Below, piece by piece: positions 41,766 to 52,003 of a stretch of 64,000 nt of DNA (its first letter is position 1; each line of letters begins with the position of its first letter). The notes under the pieces were generated by a model that was not told the origin of the DNA, did not search any database, and was given only the letters and a program-made list of their open reading frames with translations. Source of the DNA: a virus (taxonomy: Duplodnaviria; Caudoviricetes); IMG/VR virus record IMGVR_UViG_3300020045_004580, positions 2,883-66,882 of that record; one strand, written 5' to 3'. A program made the position numbers and the translations under genes.

Positions 41766-43253
41766 TTATGCATTATTAGCAGCGTCACAATATAAAGAAA
41801 AACAATGTGTATTTCTTCTAATAGCAACTCCTAAAGTTTTAAGGAAGTGAACTGCTGATTTATCTTGTGAAGTAGATACTACTAAATCTTTTCCATTACC
41901 AGAGTAATCAGAGAAGCTATTACCTTGTTTTAGTAAAGTCATACCTTGTTCAATACCTCTAATCATAGAACGTCCTTTTTGATTAACCAATTGAACGTTA
42001 TTTTCTCCATCATAAGTAGACATGTCAACAAAGTGCATTTCATAAGAAGAAAGTGGTCTTCCAGAGATAGCGTGTTTTGGAGATTTATCAGCGTAACCTG
42101 AATGATCTAAATAAGGCATTGTAACTACAGATACCATATGACCATCAATATGACGGAAATGTGTAAATGCGGCACCAAAAGTAAGATTCATTGGAGAACC
42201 AGTAATAGTACTATTAAGAGCACCTTGGTAAATAGTCCAAGATTTAGCCTCTGTCATAATAGCATTAGAGAATTCTTCTTTTCCACTAGTACCAGTATAT
42301 AAAACTACATTTACATTTTGTTTATCAGATGCACCATAGAAAATATCAGAAATAATTCTATTAATCTTTTTAAACGTTAAGATACTGTAGGTACCTCTAT
42401 GTGGAATTTGAGCTTTAAGTCCAGCACCGTATGGAATTGGTAATCCAGTATCAGGGTCAATAGTAGTAATAACTCCATTAACATCACGATTATAATTAGA
42501 TTCCCAAAGAGATTCTTCACAAGAACGTTTAAAATTCATTTCATGTTCATACTCTTCAAAAGGTTGCCAAAGTTTAGTAACTCCATTTTTAGTAGGCAAT
42601 AAATATTCTACAGTACGATTACTAATATTACCAGCAAATTCATAAGATTTTCTAATAATACCAATTTGATTTTTAGCTTTACCCGGAGTTCTTCTGTTTG
42701 ATTCATTACCAACAGAGTAACCTTCACTTACGTTAGCTGCACCAATCATAGCCCAAAGAGTCCCAGGAGCAATCTCTCCAAGAGGAAGGTTAGGTGTATT
42801 AGCATTTTTAACTAATTGTAAAGAGTAAAGATAACCATTAGCTACTTTAACAGGTCTACGTATAACACGACACCAAACATTATTAGGAGAAACAACGTTA
42901 TGTTGAAATTTAAGAAAAGCATCTTTAAATACTACTTGAATCTCTTCACCAGGTATAGCACCGACAAAAGTAACACCAGTATAAGCATGAGATACAACTT
43001 CTGAAGTATGTTTAAGTTTACCAAAAACAGCCCAATCATATTCAACATCTTCTATACCTTTCCATTGAACTCCATTTTTTTGTCCTTCTGTAAGGAACAA
43101 TAAAGGAAATAATTTTTGTTCATTTCCTTGAAGAAAAGTAATAGCAGGATTAATTGTATCACTTTTTGACATTCTAGCCTTAGCTAAACTAAGATTAGAA
43201 GTATATCCATCGTCATTATAATTTGGATGAATTAAAATTCTAGCTTTTTCCAT
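41766..43253 (-). CDS. major capsid protein (crAss-like)
   Basis: 495 aa, strong codon bias; NQIGIIRKSY, GAGLKAQI, LYTGTSGKEEF and FTHFRHIDGH..SVV.MPYLD motifs; follows portal and scaffold-like gene. Confidence 0.88.
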   Translation of the reverse strand: MEKARILIHPNYNDDGYTSNLSLAKARMSKSDTINPAITFLQGNEQKLFPLLFLTEGQKNGVQWKGIEDVEYDWAVFGKLKHTSEVVSHAYTGVTFVGAIPGEEIQVVFKDAFLKFQHNVVSPNNVWCRVIRRPVKVANGYLYSLQLVKNANTPNLPLGEIAPGTLWAMIGAANVSEGYSVGNESNRRTPGKAKNQIGIIRKSYEFAGNISNRTVEYLLPTKNGVTKLWQPFEEYEHEMNFKRSCEESLWESNYNRDVNGVITTIDPDTGLPIPYGAGLKAQIPHRGTYSILTFKKINRIISDIFYGASDKQNVNVVLYTGTSGKEEFSNAIMTEAKSWTIYQGALNSTITGSPMNLTFGAAFTHFRHIDGHMVSVVTMPYLDHSGYADKSPKHAISGRPLSSYEMHFVDMSTYDGENNVQLVNQKGRSMIRGIEQGMTLLKQGNSFSDYSGNGKDLVVSTSQDKSAVHFLKTLGVAIRRNTHCFSLYCDAANNA

Positions 43254-43302
43254 TTTAATTTGTTTGTAATTTAATTATTAATAAAGGGTTTTTGTTTATG
43301 AA

Positions 43303-44697
43303 TTAAAAATTAATTTCATTCATACTAGGAATGTAATCATTTTGTGTTTTAGTTGTTTTACCTTTATCACTACTTGTATTACGTTTATTATTTTTAGCCA
43401 TACGCTCTCTTAATCCTTCAACTTTTTGAGTTTGTGCAATATTACGAGCTAAAGCTGATATATCGTTATTTTTATAACGAAGATAAGACATTAATAAATC
43501 AGAATTTATATCTTCTTTTTCAGCATCTAACATATCTTTAGATTTACCATCAGATACTGGAGTTAAAATATAAGAAAGAAAAGCTTCACGTTCAGCAAGA
43601 GGAATATTAATATTAGATAGTTTACCATTTTTGATGGTATTAGTAACAGTATTCCAATATTTTTCTGTTTCTTGTTGTTCTTTGATTTCTTTTTCTTTTA
43701 ACTGTTTATCAATATTTATTTGTTTTTGTTTTTGTTGTTCTTTTAAAACAGAAGCATTAGTCATTACTTCTGTATTATAATCTTCTTCTGATAAAGTATC
43801 TAAATATTTAAGATAATTAGCAGTAAGTTGTTGACCTGTAGATGTATAAGCTTCTTTAATAATAGCTTGTTTAGCTTCTTTAGTTAAAGTTTTATAATCT
43901 AATTTATCATAATCTACTGTACTAGATTTGTAACCTTCTGCAGAACCATGTAATAAATAATGTTTACGGAAAGCTTCTAATTCAGGATTAGATTGCATAT
44001 AATTTTCCACAGCAGAAGAGCTTAATACTTTAGCTACTTTAGCTACTATATCTACAATAGAATCTTCTGAATCATCAGGTAAAAAATCATCTTTAAATGA
44101 TATATCAAAATTCTTAGATAAAGCATTCATTACTACACCTACTGTAGTATTTTCTCTAAATAACTCTACTTTATTTTTTACAACATTACCCTCAGCATCT
44201 ACAAAATCTCCATTTTCATTTACAGGTAAACTATTATTAGTTAAATAGTGTTTAACTTGTTCAGCAGTGTAAAGAATTTTACCATCAGCATCTACAATTT
44301 GACCTTCTGCGTTAAAAGCTTCACCTCCAAAAGTATCTACAATATTAAGTAATTCTTTAGATTCTTCTTCACTTAAATTAGCAGTATCTTTGTTTTTTAC
44401 GATATTAAGTAAATCCTCAAAAGAATTAATAATATTAATAGAATCATCATTAGAATTGTCAGAATCATTATCAGTATTATTATTATTTTCTAATTCTGTT
44501 TTTTTCTTTTCCTTTTCTTTTTCTTCTTCTTCTTTTAGTTGCTCAGCTGTTTTACCTGCATTGCCCGTAAGAGAAGAGTCATTCGTGGTTTGATTATCCT
44601 CGTTGTGTAAATTCTCAAAACTTATTTGGTCTAAGGCTTCAAGATTGTTATCAATATTAGAAGTATTATCTTCTTTGTTTTCATTTTCAGTTGCCAT
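43303..44697 (-). CDS. acidic scaffold-like protein between portal and MCP
   Basis: Very acidic, low-complexity N-terminus and coiled-coil C-terminus; conserved crAss-like position. Confidence 0.6.
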   Translation of the reverse strand: MATENENKEDNTSNIDNNLEALDQISFENLHNEDNQTTNDSSLTGNAGKTAEQLKEEEEKEKEKKKTELENNNNTDNDSDNSNDDSINIINSFEDLLNIVKNKDTANLSEEESKELLNIVDTFGGEAFNAEGQIVDADGKILYTAEQVKHYLTNNSLPVNENGDFVDAEGNVVKNKVELFRENTTVGVVMNALSKNFDISFKDDFLPDDSEDSIVDIVAKVAKVLSSSAVENYMQSNPELEAFRKHYLLHGSAEGYKSSTVDYDKLDYKTLTKEAKQAIIKEAYTSTGQQLTANYLKYLDTLSEEDYNTEVMTNASVLKEQQKQKQINIDKQLKEKEIKEQQETEKYWNTVTNTIKNGKLSNINIPLAEREAFLSYILTPVSDGKSKDMLDAEKEDINSDLLMSYLRYKNNDISALARNIAQTQKVEGLRERMAKNNKRNTSSDKGKTTKTQNDYIPSMNEINF

Positions 44698-44863
44698 AAT
44701 TTTAATTATTTATTAATACTTGTTTTTCTTTGTTTTAATGCTTTAGCTTTTAACTCTAAATCTTTATTATCTTTATTAATAGTATGATTAAGTTGTTTAT
44801 CTTTTCTATTAGAATCTCTAATTTTTAAGTCATCATCCAACGAAGTATCTTCTTCTATGGGCA
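44562..44863. repeat. dispersed motif, convergent pair (44562-44586 plus; 44840-44863 minus)
   Basis: TGCCCGTAAGAGAAGAGTCATTCGT and TGCCCATAGAAGAAGATACTTCGT. Confidence 0.85.
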
Positions 44864-47060
44864 AGTCTTGTTCAAAATCTGAAAGTAATTTACCTTCTAA
44901 CATTTTATCGGCTGTATATTTAACACCTTCTAATTTAGAATCTATTTCGTAATATTTAAGTTCATCTGCGGCTATTTGTATTTCTTTTTTTAATTCTTCA
45001 AGTTGCATAGCTCTATCATGTTCAGCAGAGGCTTTTTGTTCTTCTAGTTGTTGCATTGTTTTTTCCATCTTATCAAGAAGGGTACTAACTTTAGAAGTAC
45101 TATTAGTACTATACATTTTACTTACTGTAGCAGCACTGGCTCCATTTTGAATCATAGCTTGACCGTAACTTCTCATCGCTTCTATACCTCTAGTATTAGT
45201 GCTAGCATCTTTTACAAATACATTATAATTAGAAGATGCGTGATAATTAGCTTGGTCTATATTCATTTCAAATATACCACGAGAACTATCACTATATATA
45301 TAAGATTCTTTAATTCCATTTATCCAAGCAGCTTTTGATATATCTAGTAAACCTTGATAATCTTTTTCTAGCATCTTATCAAATTGACGTACAAGTTCAT
45401 AAGTAATTATAGCACTACGTACAATAGCTTGTTCAGTTGTAGCTTTACCCGCATATTGTTTTACATCAGCAAATCTTTGAGCATTCATACCAATAGATTC
45501 CCAATATTCATTTTTAGTAGCTATAGCTAATGTACCTAAATCATTTATAATACTATTTAAACTCATATCTATAGATTTAATCATAGATGCAGCAAAAGAA
45601 GCATTAGGAGCAGCTTCATCAATCCATAATACAGATGTAGCGTCCATATGATAAGCTTGTTTAGTTGTGCTAATACCTTTTGAACGTGGTACTAAACCAT
45701 AAGGCATTACTAGTATTTTATCTTTATTTTTATTAATTAGTTTTTCTGTACTAAATTTAATAACATTTACAATACGTTGATAAGGTATAGCTTCTTTTAC
45801 AATAGAATTAATTTCTCCTATTCTAGTTCTAGCTATAATACCATTATAACAAGATTTAAGATTACCTTTAGAATCTACATCAGAACGGTCAAAAGCAACT
45901 TCTCCACATTTAAAGAAATAATCCATTACTTTATATCCTTCTATTTTACAAGTATACCATTCTTTACTTATCTCAATATCACCAAGTTCAGGTTGTAATT
46001 CATAATCACTAGTAACTTCATTTTCTTGTTCTAATCCAAATTCATCTATATACTTTAATATGTATATATCTTTATAACTAGTATATATAACATGGAAAAC
46101 TTCTATACCATTAGTGTAAGCAGTCATTGGTATAGTAGAATTAATATAATTACTTTGATTATAATTACTCATACTACCATTTCTACCAGTTTGTTGATAT
46201 TTTTGATTGTATTCATTATAACCGTTATTAACTTCCATTTCAAAAGCTTCTATTTGAGAGTCTTTTAATTCTCCTTGTAACATTTCTAATATTTGATAAG
46301 GAGTCATAATTCTACGTCTAATATGAACTTCCGCATCTTCAACAAGAGAACTTCCAGGTTTCATATTAATAACAAAAAGTTCATTACGAGGCACTATTTC
46401 ATATATAACTTCGTTATTTATAACATCTTTATATGTAAAACAACCTCCTGTTACAACCCAGTCATAAAAAGCATCTAAAACTTTATGGTCAACATCACAA
46501 TAAAACTTAATAAAGTCTAAAGCTTCTTGTCCTTTTATTAAAGTAGCATCATTAAAGGTAGTATTAAAATTATTAACTACCGATTCTAATTCAGGCATAG
46601 GATTTTGTTCATCAATTTGTACTCCTGTAGTTTTTTGCCAATCTCTAAGAAATTTAGCTTTATGCCACTCTTTAATAATCATATTTAAAGCTTCATATCT
46701 AGCTATATCATCAGCAGGATTAAGATTTACAGTTTCATACTCATGACTTCTTGTTCCAAATTCTCCAAGCATTAATTTAACTACTCCACCTGCTATATTA
46801 TAATTAGTTAATTTGGCTTTATATAAAAAGTCAGTATTAACATTACTATCTTGATTTGTAGTTTTATATATAGCTTCGTAATCTTTAGGATTAATAATTC
46901 CCTCCGCTATAGCATATAATTGATTAATTTCTTCTAATTCAGCTTGCCATCCAGAAGTATCTATATAATGTTGTATAGTTTCTTCTATATTTGTAAGTCC
47001 GGTTTCATTATTTCTTCTTCCCTTTTCTTCTAAGGTAAGTAATTGATTTGGTAATGCCAT
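44706..47060 (-). CDS. portal protein
   Basis: 784 aa directly downstream of TerL; NYNIAGGVVKLMLGEF, PYQRIVN, IGMNAQR motifs and coiled-coil C-terminus. Confidence 0.85.
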   Translation of the reverse strand: MALPNQLLTLEEKGRRNNETGLTNIEETIQHYIDTSGWQAELEEINQLYAIAEGIINPKDYEAIYKTTNQDSNVNTDFLYKAKLTNYNIAGGVVKLMLGEFGTRSHEYETVNLNPADDIARYEALNMIIKEWHKAKFLRDWQKTTGVQIDEQNPMPELESVVNNFNTTFNDATLIKGQEALDFIKFYCDVDHKVLDAFYDWVVTGGCFTYKDVINNEVIYEIVPRNELFVINMKPGSSLVEDAEVHIRRRIMTPYQILEMLQGELKDSQIEAFEMEVNNGYNEYNQKYQQTGRNGSMSNYNQSNYINSTIPMTAYTNGIEVFHVIYTSYKDIYILKYIDEFGLEQENEVTSDYELQPELGDIEISKEWYTCKIEGYKVMDYFFKCGEVAFDRSDVDSKGNLKSCYNGIIARTRIGEINSIVKEAIPYQRIVNVIKFSTEKLINKNKDKILVMPYGLVPRSKGISTTKQAYHMDATSVLWIDEAAPNASFAASMIKSIDMSLNSIINDLGTLAIATKNEYWESIGMNAQRFADVKQYAGKATTEQAIVRSAIITYELVRQFDKMLEKDYQGLLDISKAAWINGIKESYIYSDSSRGIFEMNIDQANYHASSNYNVFVKDASTNTRGIEAMRSYGQAMIQNGASAATVSKMYSTNSTSKVSTLLDKMEKTMQQLEEQKASAEHDRAMQLEELKKEIQIAADELKYYEIDSKLEGVKYTADKMLEGKLLSDFEQDLPIEEDTSLDDDLKIRDSNRKDKQLNHTINKDNKDLELKAKALKQRKTSINK

Positions 47061-47079
47061 AATTAATTATATAATTTAA

Positions 47080-49446
47080 TTAAAAGTAGGAATCAAATTC
47101 TATTGAATTTGTATTAGAATTTAAAGTAGAATCTATATCTGAATACATATCATTAGTATCTTCCATATATCCAAATGGTTTATTAAAATAATCATCTATA
47201 TTAGCAGAAGGTCTTTCAGGTACTTCATTTTTAAAAAGAGCCTCTTTAATATCAAACATACCTATAAGTAAACAAGATACTCTATCAGCATTTTTAGAAC
47301 CGTCATATTTTAATAATTCTTTCAATATAGGTAAATCATATATTAAATGCAAATTTAAAACTGAATTTCCGTATATATCTTTACCTCTAGGAGTAATTAA
47401 CCAATTCTTTAAATACACAATTGCAGTGGACTTTCTTTGTTGATTTGATGCTATCGATATACCGTATTTTCTGCCCATTCCGCCTTTTTGTAAGTCTTTT
47501 TGATGTTGAAAGGTGGTTTCAGATTTTAGAAGGCTTAAATAGCCTAATTTTAAGGCGTTTGCATAAACATCCCCTCTATCGTTTTCATAAAGAAGTTTAC
47601 TATTATAGTATTCACAACCCATAAACATTTGATGGTCATAATCAGTAGTATCTTCAGTTCTACCTACATATATAGCAACAATTTTATCTCCTTTAGAAGG
47701 AGTCATATTATTAGAAGCTTCATAAATAATAGTACAAGCTAACGAGTCTTTAATACTAAAAGTTTCTTTAGTTTTAGATATAGCAAAAGGGTCATTCCAA
47801 GCATGATATAAATTATCAGGTATTAAACCAGTTGCAGGGTCACGATAAGGTTCATCATATATTACCCAACAACCTCTAGCATCTTCTGATTTAGATATAG
47901 GATAATTTCTAATAGCGGGAGCCGTTAATAATAATTCATCATCAGTCATTAAAGCTCTATCTTTAAATACTACTTTAGAAGTTCTAGTTGAATTTGCTGT
48001 ACTAAATACCCCTTCTCTACCAATAGAAGTTTTACTTCCCATTTTAAGAACTCTTTTATATTGAGCATCTATAAGTTGTGCATTAAAGATAGCACTTTTA
48101 GCTCTACTAAAAGCTTGTGAAGGCATTTTAGGTTCTTCCATTTCATGAGCTGTAATTTTAGCATCATCTTTACCATAACGAAGAATATCTAATCTTTCGT
48201 ATTCTAATGCTCCCTTAACATTACTATTTCCATGTATATCAATAAGTCCAGGTTTAGACATAGTACAAGGATGAAAGAAACCACAACATTCATCAGTAGA
48301 ATCTTCATCCCAGTTATTTACAAATGCAAGAAATTTTCTTTGTATAACATTATAGAATAAATCCTCAAAACCTGCCCAAGCATTTTCAACTCCACCACCA
48401 GTACCAAATACAATCATAAGCCCAGTCATTAATGCTCCATCTTCAAGAGATTTTAATGTAGCATCAAGTACATCAGTAAGATTAATACATTTACCAGCTT
48501 CTTCTATAAGTATTAAATCAGCATCTTTACCACGAATTTTACCACCATCTTTACCTAAAATAGCAGTATAGACTTTAGATAGAAACCCTTTTTTAGAAGG
48601 ATTACCACGAAGTCTATAGCCTATTTCTATATGTTCAAGTGAATTATGTAATCTACCTTTTCTCCAATCTGTATGGTCATTTAAGTTGTCAAGAAATGAT
48701 ACAACTTTATTCATTGTACCATCTTCAAATAAAGAAGCTCCATCATATGCAGCAACAACAGAAGTACTACCTCTATATAAATTAGCTTGATTAGCTACAA
48801 GCCATCCATTTTTATATGAATAACCTTTACGTCTAGCTTTACCTACAACAATATGTCTACCAACTTTTTTAGCAAGTTCTATAGCTTTAAAGAAATAGTA
48901 ATCTCCATCCCAAAAAGAAGGAAACCTAGCAGATTTATTAACAATACCTTTTTCAACTTTTTGTAAAGCTTCTCCATTAGCAGAATATAAAACACCTTTA
49001 TTAGTAGTAAACTCTTCAGAAGCTTGAATTTTAGAATAATTTAAGTATCCATAATGTTCTCCAGTGATATGTATTTTTTGTATCTCATATTCACCTTGTT
49101 CATTTTTAAAAAGCTTTCCAGGAAGAACCATTCCTTCTTTACAAAGTCTTTCTTCTTCATCCCAAAAGGCATTATATTCTCTTTTATCCCATTTAGGATG
49201 TAATTTTGTATAACAACCATGCTTAACAAAATGTTGTGCAGCTTTAGAAGCTTGAGCAGTATTAACAAAAGCTATATCTTCAAAGTCAAACATTTCTAGT
49301 TTTTCTTCTATATCACTTTCTGGTAAACTATATGGAACAGCTTTAAAAGGTGTTTCATAAATAACATTATTATTAATCTTTAAAGTTGGAAGAACTGATT
49401 CAAGTCTTTGAACTAAATCATATGCTTCTGAATTAGATCTTCTCAT
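47080..49446 (-). CDS. terL: terminase large subunit
   Basis: Walker A GKARRKGYSYK, Walker B LILIEEAG, FGTGG coupling motif, RNase H nuclease WNDPFA and DRVSCL. Confidence 0.93.
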   Translation of the reverse strand: MRRSNSEAYDLVQRLESVLPTLKINNNVIYETPFKAVPYSLPESDIEEKLEMFDFEDIAFVNTAQASKAAQHFVKHGCYTKLHPKWDKREYNAFWDEEERLCKEGMVLPGKLFKNEQGEYEIQKIHITGEHYGYLNYSKIQASEEFTTNKGVLYSANGEALQKVEKGIVNKSARFPSFWDGDYYFFKAIELAKKVGRHIVVGKARRKGYSYKNGWLVANQANLYRGSTSVVAAYDGASLFEDGTMNKVVSFLDNLNDHTDWRKGRLHNSLEHIEIGYRLRGNPSKKGFLSKVYTAILGKDGGKIRGKDADLILIEEAGKCINLTDVLDATLKSLEDGALMTGLMIVFGTGGGVENAWAGFEDLFYNVIQRKFLAFVNNWDEDSTDECCGFFHPCTMSKPGLIDIHGNSNVKGALEYERLDILRYGKDDAKITAHEMEEPKMPSQAFSRAKSAIFNAQLIDAQYKRVLKMGSKTSIGREGVFSTANSTRTSKVVFKDRALMTDDELLLTAPAIRNYPISKSEDARGCWVIYDEPYRDPATGLIPDNLYHAWNDPFAISKTKETFSIKDSLACTIIYEASNNMTPSKGDKIVAIYVGRTEDTTDYDHQMFMGCEYYNSKLLYENDRGDVYANALKLGYLSLLKSETTFQHQKDLQKGGMGRKYGISIASNQQRKSTAIVYLKNWLITPRGKDIYGNSVLNLHLIYDLPILKELLKYDGSKNADRVSCLLIGMFDIKEALFKNEVPERPSANIDDYFNKPFGYMEDTNDMYSDIDSTLNSNTNSIEFDSYF

Positions 49447-49449
49447 ATC

Positions 49450-49890
49450 TTATAGTATTACAGGTTTAACACTAGAATATTGTTGTATAAATTTACCTAA
49501 AGTTATATTAGTAACTATAAAAGAATAACCAAGTAAAATTTCATGTTCAGTTGCTAAACTATATAACATACCCGGAAGAGGTAAATAATCAAAACTTTCA
49601 ACATCTGTAGCATAATCATAATTAATACTATTAGTTTCAAGTTTAAATTCTTGTTCTATAGATTGTGCTATGTTAGTAAATAACGTTTCTATAGGATTAA
49701 TATCATTTTTTCTTATAGATATATTAGGATAATTACCAATAAGAATGACCTTATAATTAAGGTCAGTATGTTTTTTGATAATATCTTTAATAGTTTGTGG
49801 AATACTCCAATCTTCCCTATGTATAGGAAAAGATTGTTTACTTTTTGTTTTAATTATATTAGGAATATCTAAAAATAATACACTGTTCAT
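49450..49890 (-). CDS. HAD IIIA / DNA 3'-phosphatase-like protein, catalytic motifs degenerate
   Basis: VLFLD(IPN)IIKTKS..F...DW and Y-LP-LPGM..L...H.I.L..S.IV follow the HAD IIIA layout, but DxDxT and the motif III Lys are missing. Confidence 0.5.
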   Translation of the reverse strand: MNSVLFLDIPNIIKTKSKQSFPIHREDWSIPQTIKDIIKKHTDLNYKVILIGNYPNISIRKNDINPIETLFTNIAQSIEQEFKLETNSINYDYATDVESFDYLPLPGMLYSLATEHEILLGYSFIVTNITLGKFIQQYSSVKPVIL

Positions 49891-49916
49891 AATAGTAGGA
49901 ATTAATATTAATAATA

Positions 49917-49940
49917 AAAGCTCGTTATTAAACGAGCTTT
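49917..49940 (-). terminator. hairpin overlapping the nuclease stop codon
   Basis: AAAGCTCGTT-atta-AACGAGCTTT perfect 10-bp stem. Confidence 0.6.
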
Positions 49941-50893
49941 CTTTTGTGGTCAGTTAATAAAGCTATTACTTCATTTCTTAAATAAGGAACTCGGAGATAT
50001 ACAGGATCTTTGTTAAGAGGATAATGAACGATGGCAAGACCATTATCTATTAAAGTATATCCCCATTGTTCCATTATATAAGCATAAATTGATAGTTGTA
50101 GGCAATAAGTATGAAACTTGGAAGCAGGGATATGATTAATAGGATTATTAAATCTATCATCTGTTACTATCCACGTATCTGTTTTTTCCCATATACCATT
50201 TACTTTTTCTTTTAAATAATAACCAGCAGTATCATGCATATCAGTAGCATTAGATTTCCAATCTAAAATAGAAAAGTATTTTCCTTTTATAATAGGACAA
50301 TCTATTGTACCTGCCAATTGATACTTTGAAAGATATACACGTTTTTCCGAAAATATAGTAGCACCTGCATTTACAAGAGGTTTTAATATATTATATATAA
50401 AAGGATATTCAGTAGCTAAAGGAGAAGAATCTAATTCATTTAAAGTAGTAATATTTTTACCATATTTAAAAGGATTAGTTTCATAAGTAATTAAATCATT
50501 ATCTTTAGCATCGATGTCATTTCTTGATTTATTGATACCTAATTCTATTCCATTATGAATAGTATTACCTCTCATACAAGCTGTAGTAGTTTTAACTTTC
50601 CATTGAGCTTTAGTTAATTCTTGTAATTCTACGTAATATGTTTCTTTTTTTAAATCTTCTAATTTATATTTAACACTTCCTAATCTTATAGCTTGTTCCT
50701 CAGGGTAAGGTTTTAATCTAAAACCTGCATCTTTTAAACCAGTGTACATACTCCAAAACTCAATATCAAAAGGTTGTTTATATTTTTCTAATAAAGTAGT
50801 TACAGATGTATATACTACATTATTTTCATCACGATATTTATGGTCATGTTCTGTAAAGATGAGTTCTTTAGCTTGGTCAATAAGTGTTTGCAT
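49928..50893 (-). CDS. PD-(D/E)XK (Cas4/RecB-like) exonuclease
   Basis: YTSVTTLL, RGNTIH, SEKRVY...AGTIDC, ILDWKSN and Y.LQLSIYAYI motifs. Confidence 0.85.
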   Translation of the reverse strand: MQTLIDQAKELIFTEHDHKYRDENNVVYTSVTTLLEKYKQPFDIEFWSMYTGLKDAGFRLKPYPEEQAIRLGSVKYKLEDLKKETYYVELQELTKAQWKVKTTTACMRGNTIHNGIELGINKSRNDIDAKDNDLITYETNPFKYGKNITTLNELDSSPLATEYPFIYNILKPLVNAGATIFSEKRVYLSKYQLAGTIDCPIIKGKYFSILDWKSNATDMHDTAGYYLKEKVNGIWEKTDTWIVTDDRFNNPINHIPASKFHTYCLQLSIYAYIMEQWGYTLIDNGLAIVHYPLNKDPVYLRVPYLRNEVIALLTDHKRKLV

Positions 50894-50894
50894 A

Positions 50895-51563
50895 TCAATC
50901 TTCTCTATTACCTAATTCTCTATTACCTACTAAAATATTATTCTCCTTATCTTCTTGAGAATAATTAGTTTTTAATTCTTTAATAGTTTTAGCAAGTGTA
51001 GGCATTTTGTTTATAATAGCAATAATGCTATTTTGAGTATTAGTTATACTTTCTAATTTGTTTTGTAATTTAGTAGTAACTTCTAATTCATCTAAAGTAT
51101 ATTCTTTACTTCTTTTTGTTCTAGCTTTTAAAGCAGTACGAAGTTCAGTTCTCATTTCTCTAATAATATCTGAAAGTTCTCTAATATCTTCTCCCATATC
51201 AAATAAGGCAGCATCAGCAGAAAAATAAGCACTACCAGCAGAACTTAATTTTTGTAAAGTTTTATATTTTTCTATAGCTTTTTCAAATACTTTATCTGTT
51301 TTCCAATTATCAGGTAAACCACTTAATTCAATTAAGATAGAATGGCTGGCTGATAAAGGAGCATTAAAATATTCACTACGTGGATCATTATGATAATATA
51401 TATATTTCATTTCTCCACAAGCTACAAGTTGATGTTTACCTTTTAAATCTAATTTACTTCCTTTATCTCTATCAAATAAGGCTTTAAATTCAGGTATAAG
51501 ATATATCTCTTTTTTGTTTATAACTAATTCTCCTTCTTCTTCTGATATATAATGTCTAATCAT
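50895..51563 (-). CDS. conserved packaging-block protein (possible terminase small subunit)
   Basis: EF..L..RDK...YIYY..DPRS.Y N-terminus and coiled-coil C-terminus; upstream of TerL in crAss-like order; the TerS call is inference. Confidence 0.45.
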   Translation of the reverse strand: MIRHYISEEEGELVINKKEIYLIPEFKALFDRDKGSKLDLKGKHQLVACGEMKYIYYHNDPRSEYFNAPLSASHSILIELSGLPDNWKTDKVFEKAIEKYKTLQKLSSAGSAYFSADAALFDMGEDIRELSDIIREMRTELRTALKARTKRSKEYTLDELEVTTKLQNKLESITNTQNSIIAIINKMPTLAKTIKELKTNYSQEDKENNILVGNRELGNRED

Positions 51564-52000
51564 TAGTGTTTCTTTTGTAATATTGATTTAAAAACTCTAA
51601 AATGAGGAGTTTTAGTTGGAATAGCTTTAACTTCTTCAGAAGTAAGAGCTTTAGCTTTTAAACTTAAAGCTTCTAATTCTTTATAAGAGGAATGAGCTAC
51701 TACTCTAGCTAAATAATGATAATATTCTCTTTCTTTATCAGATAAATTATTATTAACATCAAGAACATTTGCAAATAACTTTTGTTTATCTTTATTTCTT
51801 TCTCTTCTATTAGTCCAAATAAACTTTAAAAATCCTTTCCAATAAACTGGTATATTACGAGCAAAACCAAAAGCAGTAGAAGTAAATTGAATATTTACTA
51901 TTTCTACTACTTGTTCAAATGTTAAATCTTTATTATATTTAGTATTAAATCTTTTTTGAATTTCTACTATAATTTCAGCAATAGTATTATCAATTTCCAT
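51563..52000 (-). CDS. HU/IHF-like DNA-binding protein
   Basis: Helix-helix then VYWKGFLKF strand, matching the HU/IHF-like gene at the head of crAss-like late operons. Confidence 0.55.
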   Translation of the reverse strand: MEIDNTIAEIIVEIQKRFNTKYNKDLTFEQVVEIVNIQFTSTAFGFARNIPVYWKGFLKFIWTNRRERNKDKQKLFANVLDVNNNLSDKEREYYHYLARVVAHSSYKELEALSLKAKALTSEEVKAIPTKTPHFRVFKSILQKKH

Positions 52001-52003
52001 ATT

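Noticed and set aside
25527-44863. Motif pairs as invertible (shufflon-like) segments
   Set aside because: The inverted copies lie inside or across essential genes (cargo/muzzle, scaffold/portal) and differ in sequence; inversion would break these frames, and no invertase is visible
15652-49594. Extra weak motif candidates at about 15652 (TGCCCTTTAATAGAAGGAGTAATAG) and about 49572 (TACCCGGAAGAGGTAAATAATCA)
   Set aside because: The right box or the TA core does not match; not counted without a PWM score
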